Positions 1 to 8,153 of a stretch of DNA of 23,591 nt are shown in pieces. The stretch covers positions 1 to 23,591 of the forward strand of contig LDXK01000006.1 in NCBI GenBank assembly GCA_001443395.1. The letters are read 5' to 3'. The position numbers and the translations under genes were made by a program. The notes below the pieces were generated by a model that saw nothing but the letters and a program-made list of their open reading frames with translations, was not told where the DNA came from and did no database searches. The stretch comes from a candidate division WWE3 bacterium CSP1-7. GTDB taxonomy: Bacteria > Patescibacteriota > WWE3 > 9FT-COMBO-53-11. Each line of letters opens with the position of its first letter. Positions within the stretch are counted from its first letter, which is position 1.

Positions 1-938
1 TGGAGAGAATCCAGGAAATCGATGGTGTCGGCGTTGGCGGCGCTGATCGACAGGGTCGATTCGTCGATCTCAGCGGTGGTGAGGCAGTTGGCGCAGGTGC
101 CGATCTCATTGCCGAGATCAAGGTAGTAGCTTCCCGGCTGCCCTTCCAGGGTATCGGCATCCCCGCCGGTGGCGAGCCCCCCGCCCCCTCCCGTTCCTGT
201 CACCCCGGTGGTGGTGCCGGTGACGGTCAGGTTTTCAACGTTCAAGGAGGTGACACTGATAGCGCCAGAATTGACGCTATTAAAGGAGGCATCGCCGGTG
301 GGGGAGATGAAATAATCATCGCCATTTCCAAAGAAAACCGTCCCTAAGAAGCGGGCGGTGTTGAGAATCGCATCTTCGGCAACGTTCAGAGATTTTGCGA
401 AGAGAACCCCGATATCGACCGGAAATTTTAAACCCAGTCGAAGCTCTCCGGTCTCTGTTATCTTGTACTCTAGTGCATCATTGACATCCACGATCGGGTT
501 GGCTGGTCCAGGAGAAAAAGCCCTCTCTAATCGCATTTTGGTCAGAAGTGGGATGGAGGAAAAGAAGATATATCCGGTGAGAAGGAAGGTTAGCGCAAGG
601 GCGAAATGAAAGTAAGGACGAGGACGGCGAGGACGGTAGTTTTCAATTTGGCGAATGGGAATTAACGGCGGTGGGGGCGGGGTTACCGGATCGGGATTAA
701 GAGGAAGCGGGGGAAGCGTTTCAACTTCGGTATTTAAGCGCTGGTCTGTTTCTTTACGGAAGGATTGAAGGATATTTTGGATGTCTTCAGGAGAGAAGCG
801 GCGGTCGCCGCCGGGAGTGCGGGCGGGGGTAAGCCGGCCCTCGTCTTCCCAACGGCGGAGAGTAGTGGGGGATACCCCTAAAATTCGAGAGGCTTCAGTA
901 ATCGAATAGAGACTGGATTCGGGCAGAGCGTTATTCAT
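1..938 (-). CDS. MerR/excisionase-like HTH + single TM + extracellular domain protein (partial, runs off left edge); paralog of 21409..>23591
   Basis: Not in the ORF track; translated by hand from ATG at 938-936: MNNALPESSLYSITEASRILGVSPTTLRRWEDEGRLTPARTPGGDRRFSPEDIQ (MerR-type HTH), then a Pro-rich linker, RPRRPRP, TM YFHFALALTFLLTGYIFF, and NPIVDVNDALEY...NTARFLGTVFFGNGDDYFISPTGD...TCANCLTTAEIDESTLSISAANADTIDFLDSL. The frame stays open to position 1. Confidence 0.9.
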   Translation of the reverse strand, partial: MNNALPESSLYSITEASRILGVSPTTLRRWEDEGRLTPARTPGGDRRFSPEDIQNILQSFRKETDQRLNTEVETLPPLPLNPDPVTPPPPPLIPIRQIENYRPRRPRPYFHFALALTFLLTGYIFFSSIPLLTKMRLERAFSPGPANPIVDVNDALEYKITETGELRLGLKFPVDIGVLFAKSLNVAEDAILNTARFLGTVFFGNGDDYFISPTGDASFNSVNSGAISVTSLNVENLTVTGTTTGVTGTGGGGGLATGGDADTLEGQPGSYYLDLGNEIGTCANCLTTAEIDESTLSISAANADTIDFLDSL

Positions 939-1053
939 TTAGGTTTCCCTAAATGCTAGCGATCAAAAGATCGCGTCCATTTAGGCAGGTCGAAACCAAT
1001 CTTGCTGTATTTCCCATAGATAAGGGATTTGGCAAGTTTGGATAGCTACTTGA

Positions 1054-1083
1054 AAGTTAGCAAATTTAGCATCAGTGTGTCAA
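1054..1083 (-). promoter_or_regulatory. Putative sigma70 promoter of the left HTH gene
   Basis: Minus strand reads TTGACA-N18-TAACTT with a TGn extended -10. Confidence 0.55.
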
Positions 1084-1130
1084 GGATGGAATGATTGGGG
1101 CTTGACACCTGTGTGCTATTATCGCCGAAG

Positions 1131-3080
1131 ATGAAGCTGGTAATCGTTGAATCCCCGACAAAAGCAAAAACTCTCCAGAAGTTCTTGGGGGAGGGGTATG
1201 AAGTGCTCTCCTCCAAGGGACATCTGGTGGACCTTCCCAAAAAGAATTTGGGAGTGGATGTGGAGCACGATTTTACCCCCGAGTACGACCAGGTTCCTGG
1301 GAAAAAAGAGGTCATCACGGAGCTGAAAAAAGCGGCGGCCAAAGCCGAGGAGATTTTTCTCGCCACTGACCCTGATCGGGAGGGGGAGGCGATCGCCTGG
1401 CACATCAAACAGTTGATCGGGGACCACAAAACCAAACGAGTCGCCTTTCATGAGATTACGGAAGAAGCGGTGAAGGAGTCGTTCCTTGCGCCGCGGGAAA
1501 TTAACCAGCAGCTCGTGGATTCCCAGCAGGCCCGGCGGGTTTTGGATCGGTTGGTGGGCTACAAACTTTCCCCTCTCCTTTGGAAGAAGGTCCGGTACGG
1601 TCTTTCGGCGGGGCGAGTGCAATCGGTAGCGGTGCGGTTGGTGGTTGATCGAGAGAAGGAGCGCCAAGCCTTTCACCCCGAAGAATACTGGGAAATCCTT
1701 GCTAAATTGAGCGACAGCGGAGATTTCGAAGCGAAACTTCTCGAAAAGGACGGGGTAAAGATTGCGATTGGCAGCCAGGAAGATTCCGACCGGATCGCCG
1801 CGGAACTCAAAAAAGAGGAATATCTGGTCTCTCGAGCTGAAAAGTCGGAACGAAGACGCCATCCCTATCCGCCCTACACTACCTCCACTCTCCAGCAGGC
1901 CGGGGTGAATGTGCTGGGATTTTCGGGAAAGAGAACGATGCGCGCCGCTCAAGCGCTCTACGAAGCCGGTTTGATCACCTACCACCGAACCGATTCCACG
2001 GTGATCGGAGAGAAAGCTCTCGAGCAGATCCGCAACTTTATCGGGAAGAATTACGGTAGCAATTACTTGCCGGCGGATGCTATCAGATACAAGACCAAAG
2101 TGCGGTTGGCTCAGGAGGCCCACGAGGCGATTCGGCCTACCAAGGTTGAATTAACCGGAGAAAAGTTGGATGTCTCCGGGGACGAAAAGAAGGTCTACGA
2201 ACTGGTCTGGCGGCAGACGGTCGCTTCCCAGATGCTGCCGGCGGTCTATGAACAGGTATCGGCCGATATCCAGGCCGGTTCCTATCTTTTCCGAGCGACC
2301 GGATCGAAGTTGATTTTTGACGGTTGGGAGAGACTGAACAGGGGTGAAGAAGCGCGTTCCCTGCCGGAGTTGAAGGAGGGGGAGAAGCTGAAACTGCTGG
2401 AACTAGTTCCATCTCAGCACTTCACCGAACCACTAGCGCGCTATACCGAGGCCACTCTCATCAAAAAGCTGGAGGAGGAAGGAATCGGCCGGCCTTCTAC
2501 TTATGCGCCGATTATTTCGACGATTCAGGACCGCGGTTATGTTTCTAAAGAGGGGCGGGCGCTCAAGCCGGAGGATGCGGGGGGGATCGTCAATGACAAA
2601 ATCTTGGTTCCCTACTTCACCGACGTGGTGGATCTTTCTTTCACCGCCAAAATGGAAGAGGGTTTTGACGAGATCGCCCGCGGTGAAAAGAATTGGGTGG
2701 AGCTGATTCGGGGATTCTACGGGCCGTTTTCCCAAGAGTTGGAGAAAGCCGAAGAAAGTATTGATAAATCTTCGATGACCACGATCGCCGAAACCGATGA
2801 GAAGTGCCCCGATTCCGGCCACCCGCTGGTGATTAAACTTGGCCGTTACGGCCGGTTCTATTCGTGTACCGGGTTCCCCGAATGCAAATACGCCCGTCCC
2901 TATATTGAAAAGATCGGGATGAGCTGCCCGGATTGCAAAGAGGGGGAAGTGATTATTAAGAAGACCCGTCGGGGAAAGAATTTCTACGGTTGCAGTCGGT
3001 ATCCGGATTGTAAATTCGCAAGTTGGAAAGACCCCCGCCCATCCAAACCAGAAACCCCATCCGAAACCCCTTCTCCCTAG
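1131..3080 (+). CDS. topA: DNA topoisomerase I (type IA)
   Basis: MKLVIVESPTKAKT, LATDPDREGEAIAWH (TOPRIM), SAGRVQS, active-site ITYHRTDS, GIGRPSTYA and C-terminal Zn ribbons. Start moved to ATG 1131. Confidence 0.97.
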   Translation: MKLVIVESPTKAKTLQKFLGEGYEVLSSKGHLVDLPKKNLGVDVEHDFTPEYDQVPGKKEVITELKKAAAKAEEIFLATDPDREGEAIAWHIKQLIGDHKTKRVAFHEITEEAVKESFLAPREINQQLVDSQQARRVLDRLVGYKLSPLLWKKVRYGLSAGRVQSVAVRLVVDREKERQAFHPEEYWEILAKLSDSGDFEAKLLEKDGVKIAIGSQEDSDRIAAELKKEEYLVSRAEKSERRRHPYPPYTTSTLQQAGVNVLGFSGKRTMRAAQALYEAGLITYHRTDSTVIGEKALEQIRNFIGKNYGSNYLPADAIRYKTKVRLAQEAHEAIRPTKVELTGEKLDVSGDEKKVYELVWRQTVASQMLPAVYEQVSADIQAGSYLFRATGSKLIFDGWERLNRGEEARSLPELKEGEKLKLLELVPSQHFTEPLARYTEATLIKKLEEEGIGRPSTYAPIISTIQDRGYVSKEGRALKPEDAGGIVNDKILVPYFTDVVDLSFTAKMEEGFDEIARGEKNWVELIRGFYGPFSQELEKAEESIDKSSMTTIAETDEKCPDSGHPLVIKLGRYGRFYSCTGFPECKYARPYIEKIGMSCPDCKEGEVIIKKTRRGKNFYGCSRYPDCKFASWKDPRPSKPETPSETPSP

Positions 3081-3207
3081 GTTAATTCTCAGGATAAACC
3101 AGCAATCACCTAACATAGTATACTATAATTAATACAGTAGCCACCCTTTCTCTCTGGATCTTTTTCGTCGTGCTATCATAGACAAAATCTTATAAGAGGA
3201 GGGAGAA

Positions 3208-3894
3208 ATGTTGGTCGTCCTTTGGACGGTCCTGATGGTTATGTCCATTCTTGTGATCCACGAGGCCGGGCATTTCGTGATGGCCCTTCTGGTTAGACTG
3301 CCGGTGAGGTCTCTCCATCTCGGTATCCCCTTGGGGCCGCAGATCAGGACGAAGTTGGGAAAGTATCCGTTCACGATCTCACTCCTCCCTTTTGGAATGG
3401 CGGTGATGATCGACGAGGAAATGATGTGGAGAATACCACTGCCCAGGCGGGTGTTGGTTTTTCTCAGCGGTCCGTTTGCCAATCTCGCCGCGGCGATAAT
3501 CGTGTCTCTGGTCGTTTTTGGTCCCGAAGAGGGGATCAGGCGAGGTCTGGCAACGGTCGTCTTGTCGCTACTTGGTCCTCTGATGATCGCTACCGGACAA
3601 GTTCCGGTTAGCGACATTTCCGGACCGGTGGGGATCGTCTCGATCTCCGCGAGAGTAGTTTCGATCGCCCCGATCATTGGGACCGTGATGATGTTCACGA
3701 TCGTTTCGGCGGCCCTGGGGGCGATCAATCTTCTACCAATTCCCGGTTTGGATGGCGGTCAGATAATGATGCACAGCCTGGTCCGGCTGGGGATGCCGAA
3801 GAAATGGGAGCAGTGGTCCACCTACGGTTCTCTAACGCTGCTGATCGTGGGGATGATTTTGATCACCGTCAAGGATATCGTCAATCTGCTCTAA
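3208..3894 (+). CDS. Site-2 protease family (M50) membrane metalloprotease, no PDZ
   Basis: HEAGH, GPFAN and NLLPIPGLDGG motifs; hydrophobic; SD AAGGAGG upstream. Confidence 0.9.
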   Translation: MLVVLWTVLMVMSILVIHEAGHFVMALLVRLPVRSLHLGIPLGPQIRTKLGKYPFTISLLPFGMAVMIDEEMMWRIPLPRRVLVFLSGPFANLAAAIIVSLVVFGPEEGIRRGLATVVLSLLGPLMIATGQVPVSDISGPVGIVSISARVVSIAPIIGTVMMFTIVSAALGAINLLPIPGLDGGQIMMHSLVRLGMPKKWEQWSTYGSLTLLIVGMILITVKDIVNLL

Positions 3895-3922
3895 ACCCGA
3901 GATCCAACTTCTCGGGTTTTTT
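3893..3922 (+). terminator. Intrinsic terminator
   Basis: AAACCCGAGA-tccaact-TCTCGGGTTT followed by a T tract. Confidence 0.8.
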
Positions 3923-3928
3923 CTTGTC

Positions 3929-3957
3929 TTGACCTCGACTTGGGTGTAGATTAAATT
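3929..3957 (+). promoter_or_regulatory. Putative sigma70 promoter of Nudix-tmk
   Basis: TTGACC-N17-TAAATT. Confidence 0.5.
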
Positions 3958-3985
3958 TAACCGAAAAATAAGAAAGGAGATTGAG

Positions 3986-4405
3986 ATGCCTGCGAACGCC
4001 TCGAATCTCGAGGGAGTTTTTCTAGCTGTTCGGGCGGTGATAAACCGCGGTGGGAAGCTACTGATCCTGCAGCGGAACAGCTCCCACAACCGCAATCCTG
4101 ACCACTGGGAAGTTCCTGGCGGATTGATCGAGATCGGTGAGCCTCTCAATCTGGCCCTAAAGCGAGAGGTCAAAGAGGAGGCCGGTCTGGTGATCTCACC
4201 GCAATCGGCCGAATCACTGACCTTTATTAGTCCAAAAGCAAAACCGCGCTATCTGGAACTGATCTATCGCTGCAAGCGGGTACGGGGGGAGAAAGTGATT
4301 CTCTCCGATGAACATCAAGCTTTCCGTTGGGCGACAGTGGAGGAAACGCTCGATCTGGAGCTCACCCCTACCGCTCGAGCGCTGATGGAATTTCTTCTAA
4401 AATGA
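3986..4405 (+). CDS. Nudix hydrolase
   Basis: Intact Nudix box GGLIEIGEPLNLALKREVKEEAGL; SD AAAGGAG. Confidence 0.92.
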   Translation: MPANASNLEGVFLAVRAVINRGGKLLILQRNSSHNRNPDHWEVPGGLIEIGEPLNLALKREVKEEAGLVISPQSAESLTFISPKAKPRYLELIYRCKRVRGEKVILSDEHQAFRWATVEETLDLELTPTARALMEFLLK

Positions 4406-4414
4406 GGAGGAGCG

Positions 4415-5098
4415 ATGACTTACCAGCTTGAAGATTATCTCTTTGATTTGGTCCGAACGCTTCTTAAGGTTAATTCTCTTCCGGGGAAGCTGATCAGCTT
4501 CGACACGTTGGATGGAGGGGGGAACTCAACCCAAGTTTCTCTTTTGACGGAGCATCTACGAAGCCGCGGAGTAGATGTTTTGGAAACAAAGGAACCGACC
4601 GAGGAACACATCGGCCGGAGGATCCGGGCAATCCTGCGCCGTGAGGAGCGTCTGAGCGATCTTCCTCTCCAACTTCTCTTCTCGGCGGATCGGGGCGATC
4701 ATCTGGGAAAGTTAATCCTTCCCGCCTTGAAGAATGGCAAGTGGGTGGTTTCAGCCCGCTATGCGTTAACCACCGTGGCTTGGGGGTCGGGGCAGAAGGT
4801 TCCTTCTTGGGTTCTCCTGGCGGCTAATGCCTATTATCCTTGGCCAAACCTCAACATTGTACTGATGCTTTCAATTGAGGAGTGTCTACGGCGGATCTTT
4901 GCACGTGCTAAGCGGGCAACCGACAAGCTTGAGCTTTTTGAAACACGTGCTTACATGGAGGCGAACGAAGCTTCTCTCAAGCAGATGGCGAAGAAACTTC
5001 CCAACGTGGTGCTGGTGGACGGGATGGGAACGGAAGAGGAAGTCTCCGCCCGCGTTTGGAATCTCGTAGAAGAACGGCTTCTGCCCTTGGCATTGTAA
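4415..5098 (+). CDS. tmk: Thymidylate kinase-like protein with degenerate P-loop
   Basis: Tmk layout (GKLISF..DG.G.STQ, TKEPT, LLFSADR..H, ILPAL..GKWVVS.RY), but the P-loop reads TLDGGGNST and DRY reads ARY. Confidence 0.8.
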   Translation: MTYQLEDYLFDLVRTLLKVNSLPGKLISFDTLDGGGNSTQVSLLTEHLRSRGVDVLETKEPTEEHIGRRIRAILRREERLSDLPLQLLFSADRGDHLGKLILPALKNGKWVVSARYALTTVAWGSGQKVPSWVLLAANAYYPWPNLNIVLMLSIEECLRRIFARAKRATDKLELFETRAYMEANEASLKQMAKKLPNVVLVDGMGTEEEVSARVWNLVEERLLPLAL

Positions 5099-5105
5099 GA
5101 CTTTT

Positions 5106-5137
5106 AACCCCGGATTCTTAGGAATACCGGGGTTTTT
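5106..5137 (+). terminator. Intrinsic terminator
   Basis: AACCCCGG-ATTC-ttag-GAAT-a-CCGGGGTT followed by TTT. Confidence 0.8.
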
Positions 5138-5159
5138 CTTGTTTGCTACACTTTTTCTG

Positions 5160-5960
5160 ATGTTAATCGATGGGAAGAAAATTTCCGCCGAAATCGGATC
5201 TCGCTTAGCGAAAGAAATTCGCCGGCGCAAGGCCAAACCACGCTTGGCGGTGGTTCTGGTCGGGAACAATCCCGCTTCCCGAATTTATGTCCGGAAAAAG
5301 GGAGAAGCGGCCTCACGGGTGGGAATCGGATTTACACTTTACGAACTCCTGAACCCTTCCCAAAAAGAGGTTCTGATCTTGATTGGGCGGCTGAATGCGG
5401 ACCGAGAGGTAAACGGGATCATCGTTCAGCTTCCTCTTTCCAAAAAACTCGATGAGGAGTTGATTATTAGTCACATTTCTCCAGATAAGGACGTGGATGG
5501 GTTGAACCCCTTTAGCGATTTTACACCAGCGACCGCCGGGGCGGTTTTGGAAGTCCTGCAACGTCAGAAAATAAAAATCGCCGGTGCGCGGTCGGTGGTG
5601 GTGGGCCGGGGAAAGGTAGCTGGAATGCCGGTTGCCCTGGCGCTTTTGGCGAACGATGCGACCGTTACGATCGCTCATTCCAAAACCAAAAATCTGGCGG
5701 AGCTAACAAAACAGGCGGATATCTTAGTGAGTTCGGTTGGTCGACCAATGATGATCAAACCGGCGATGGTCAAAAAAGGCGCTGCGGTGATTGATGTCGG
5801 GATTTCACGGATGGGCGGTAAGCTTCGAGGTGACGTTGATCCGGCGGTTGAGAGGAGAGCGCGTTTCCTTACTCCGGTTCCCGGCGGAATTGGTCCACTC
5901 ACGGTCGTGAAACTTTTGGAAAACGTCATCCGCGCTTCCCAACTCCAAAGCACACGCTAG
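5160..5960 (+). CDS. folD: Bifunctional methylene-THF dehydrogenase/cyclohydrolase
   Basis: MLIDGKK, ASRIYVRKK (YxxxK), GIIVQLPL, KDVDG, VIDVGI and TPVPGGIGPLTV. Start at ATG 5160. Confidence 0.95.
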   Translation: MLIDGKKISAEIGSRLAKEIRRRKAKPRLAVVLVGNNPASRIYVRKKGEAASRVGIGFTLYELLNPSQKEVLILIGRLNADREVNGIIVQLPLSKKLDEELIISHISPDKDVDGLNPFSDFTPATAGAVLEVLQRQKIKIAGARSVVVGRGKVAGMPVALALLANDATVTIAHSKTKNLAELTKQADILVSSVGRPMMIKPAMVKKGAAVIDVGISRMGGKLRGDVDPAVERRARFLTPVPGGIGPLTVVKLLENVIRASQLQSTR

Positions 5961-6077
5961 TCTATATTTTGAGATCGCTTTTTTACTACATTAGTATACT
6001 ATTCGAGATTTTTAGATTGACGGTATCGTATAATTGCTCGGCTTTATAATTCTTCCTAATTCCCAAGGAGGGAGGAG

Positions 6078-6662
6078 ATGGGACGCCGTCGCCGCACCGG
6101 GCTTTTTGTCTTTACGGGCTGTATGTTTGCCGGCAAAACCGACCGGCTGATCCACGAGCTGGAGGTGCGGGTCAACCACGCCCACCAGAAGGTGCAGGTT
6201 TTTTCGCCGGCGATTGATACCAGGACCGGATTGGGAAACATCATTGCCAAGGACGGCTACCGCCATTCCTTCCCGGCCCAAACGATTGCCAAAGCTGCCG
6301 ATATTCTGGATCTCGTCGCGGAAGATACCGACTTAGTGGCGGTCGACGAGGCCCAGTTCTTAGACGCCGGTTTGGTTGGCGTTTGCCGAAGGCTGATGCG
6401 CCATCACGAGGTCTTCGTGGCGGGATTAGACACCGATTTTCGGGGCGAACCGTTCGGGCCGATGCCGGAAATTCTCGCGATCGCTCTGCGGGTGGAGAAA
6501 CTGGCGGCGATCTGTGTCGTCTGCGGCGAGGACGCCCACTGCACCCAGCGACTGGTGAACGGTCTGCCGGCGCACTACAACGACCCGATCGTTTTGCCCG
6601 GCGGCACCGCGGAAGGATACGAGGCCCGTTGCCTGCTGCACCATCGGGTTGAGAGAGACTGA
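6078..6662 (+). CDS. tdk: Thymidine kinase
   Basis: GCMFAGKT, VDEAQF, GLDTDFRGEPF and CVVCG...YEARC..H; strong SD AGGAGG. Confidence 0.95.
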   Translation: MGRRRRTGLFVFTGCMFAGKTDRLIHELEVRVNHAHQKVQVFSPAIDTRTGLGNIIAKDGYRHSFPAQTIAKAADILDLVAEDTDLVAVDEAQFLDAGLVGVCRRLMRHHEVFVAGLDTDFRGEPFGPMPEILAIALRVEKLAAICVVCGEDAHCTQRLVNGLPAHYNDPIVLPGGTAEGYEARCLLHHRVERD

Positions 6663-6668
6663 CTCCAC

Positions 6669-6702
6669 ACCCCCAGACGAAAGTTTGGGGGTTTTTCTTT
6701 TT
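6669..6702 (+). terminator. Intrinsic terminator (GAAA loop)
   Basis: ACCCCCAGAC-GAAA-GTTTGGGGGT followed by a T tract. Confidence 0.8.
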
Positions 6703-6764
6703 AAGCGGCCGCCCCTTTTGTCTGATATAGTTTAGAAAACCGAAAGAAAGAGGAGGAGAGGGAG

Positions 6765-7550
6765 ATGCGCAGAGTCGAACCGAAAGTGTTCCTGGTCGGA
6801 GAGACCCGCGTTGTGGAAGAAGGTCTGCAGGCTTATCTCGAGCACATCGGTGTTCCGGATTGGGAAACGGATGCACCCTCCGATGCGGAAAAGGTGGTCG
6901 AGGTGATGGGCCGGCTCTGCTATCGGAGCTTCGAGCCGGGTTTGAATCTCAACGTCACCAAGGTCCGGGAGGGGAGCGCGGCCTACCTCGGGAACATTCT
7001 CAAAGTCGCCCACGGATCCGTGATCGAGCACCCGGTGATGAATTTCATCTTCGCCGATGTTTCGCGGGTTTTCACCCACGAACTGGTGCGGCACCGGGCC
7101 GGAGTGGCGATCTCCCAAGAGAGCCTGCGGTTCGTTCGCTTGGACAGCCTTGGCCAGTGGCTGCCGACGGTGATTCGCGAAGATGAAAAGGCGATGGAGA
7201 TTTTCGCCCAGACATTTGAGCATTTGGAACACCTCCAGCATGTACTCGCGGAGCACTTCCACCTCGACGATCCCGGAACACCTTTCCACCGCAAGAAGAT
7301 CGTCACCTCCGCGATGCGCCGAATCGCCCCGGATGGTTTGGCCACGACCATCGGCTGGTCCGCCAATCCCCGTACCATTCGTTGGGTGCTGGAGATGCGG
7401 ACCGATCCTTCCGCCGAGGAAGAGATCCGGCTGGTCTTCGGCAAGGTCGGCGAGATCCTAGTGGGGCGTTATCCCAACCTCTTCGGCGATTTCACGGTTG
7501 AGATGGTAGAGGGTTTGCCCTGCTACCGTCCGGCTCACCGCAAGGTTTAG
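6765..7550 (+). CDS. thyX: FAD-dependent thymidylate synthase
   Basis: GRLCYRS, HGSVIEH and SRVFTHELVRHRAGVAISQESLRF (RHRx7-8S motif), plus EEIR. Confidence 0.93.
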   Translation: MRRVEPKVFLVGETRVVEEGLQAYLEHIGVPDWETDAPSDAEKVVEVMGRLCYRSFEPGLNLNVTKVREGSAAYLGNILKVAHGSVIEHPVMNFIFADVSRVFTHELVRHRAGVAISQESLRFVRLDSLGQWLPTVIREDEKAMEIFAQTFEHLEHLQHVLAEHFHLDDPGTPFHRKKIVTSAMRRIAPDGLATTIGWSANPRTIRWVLEMRTDPSAEEEIRLVFGKVGEILVGRYPNLFGDFTVEMVEGLPCYRPAHRKV

Positions 7551-7551
7551 A

Positions 7552-8058
7552 ATGCGGATTTCAATCGTGATTGCGATGGACCGTAACCCGGTGAGGGGCC
7601 GGGCCAGAAAGCGACCGCGGATTAGGCCCCCTGCTGCTCAGAATTGGTTCCAAGAAACCATCGCCGATAAGCCGGTGGTAATGGGTCGTAAGACCCACGA
7701 AAGTCTGGGTGGATCCCTCCCCGGCCGGTTCAATGTGGTACTGACGCGGAACCGAAAATACGAGGCCGAGGATTGTCTGATGCTTCACTCCGTCAAGGAT
7801 GTTTTGGAGGTTATGGCGGAATTCGAAGATGTGATGGTGATCGGAGGCATGGAGATATTTCGGCAGTTTCTCCCCTATGCTTCCAAGGTTTACCTTATCG
7901 TTGTTGGTCGCGATCCGGCGGAGGACTTCTACTCTCTCCCCGAGGATTGGTCCCGCGATTGGCGGACCGTCGAGAGAAAAGAGGTTCACCGCGGAAACTA
8001 TACTCCTTACGATCTGACCTTTCTCGTTCTAGAACGGATTGATTTGGCTCATTCCTAG
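7552..8058 (+). CDS. folA: Dihydrofolate reductase-like protein with degenerate folate site
   Basis: KPVVMGRKTHESL, LPGRFNVVLTR and VIGG are retained. The N-terminal IG..N.LPW..P.D motif is replaced by RGRARKRPRIRPPAAQ. Starts 1 nt after thyX. Confidence 0.8.
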   Translation: MRISIVIAMDRNPVRGRARKRPRIRPPAAQNWFQETIADKPVVMGRKTHESLGGSLPGRFNVVLTRNRKYEAEDCLMLHSVKDVLEVMAEFEDVMVIGGMEIFRQFLPYASKVYLIVVGRDPAEDFYSLPEDWSRDWRTVERKEVHRGNYTPYDLTFLVLERIDLAHS

Positions 8059-8093
8059 CCCCGAAGGCACTTGCGCTTTCGGGGCTTTTCTTG
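8057..8093 (+). terminator. Intrinsic terminator (copy 1 of duplicated hairpin)
   Basis: AGCCCCGAAGGC-acttgc-GCTTTCGGGGCT followed by TTT. Confidence 0.8.
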
Positions 8094-8153
8094 TTGATTC
8101 GAAATCCGGTCGTGTTATTCTACAATCGAAAACTCTTCTTGAGGAGGGAGAAA

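Noticed and set aside
1-364. Diversity-generating retroelement TR/VR pair as an explanation for the inverted repeat
   Set aside because: Mismatches are mostly synonymous and not adenine-specific, both copies are coding, and no reverse transcriptase is present in the window.
1102-1122. TTGACA as the -35 of topA
   Set aside because: It is only 9 nt from the TATTAT box. It does form an inverted repeat with 1077-1084 (GTGTCAAG/CTTGACAC), but a role cannot be supported.
4403-4417. UGA recoding (genetic code 25)
   Set aside because: TGA ends the Nudix, tdk, tsf and tadG genes at expected positions, including GTGA overlaps, and conserved genes contain no in-frame TGA.
5959-5974. NrdR box upstream of tdk (AGTCTATATTTTGAGA)
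   Set aside because: Only the core resembles the consensus, there is no convincing second box, and the context is AT-rich.
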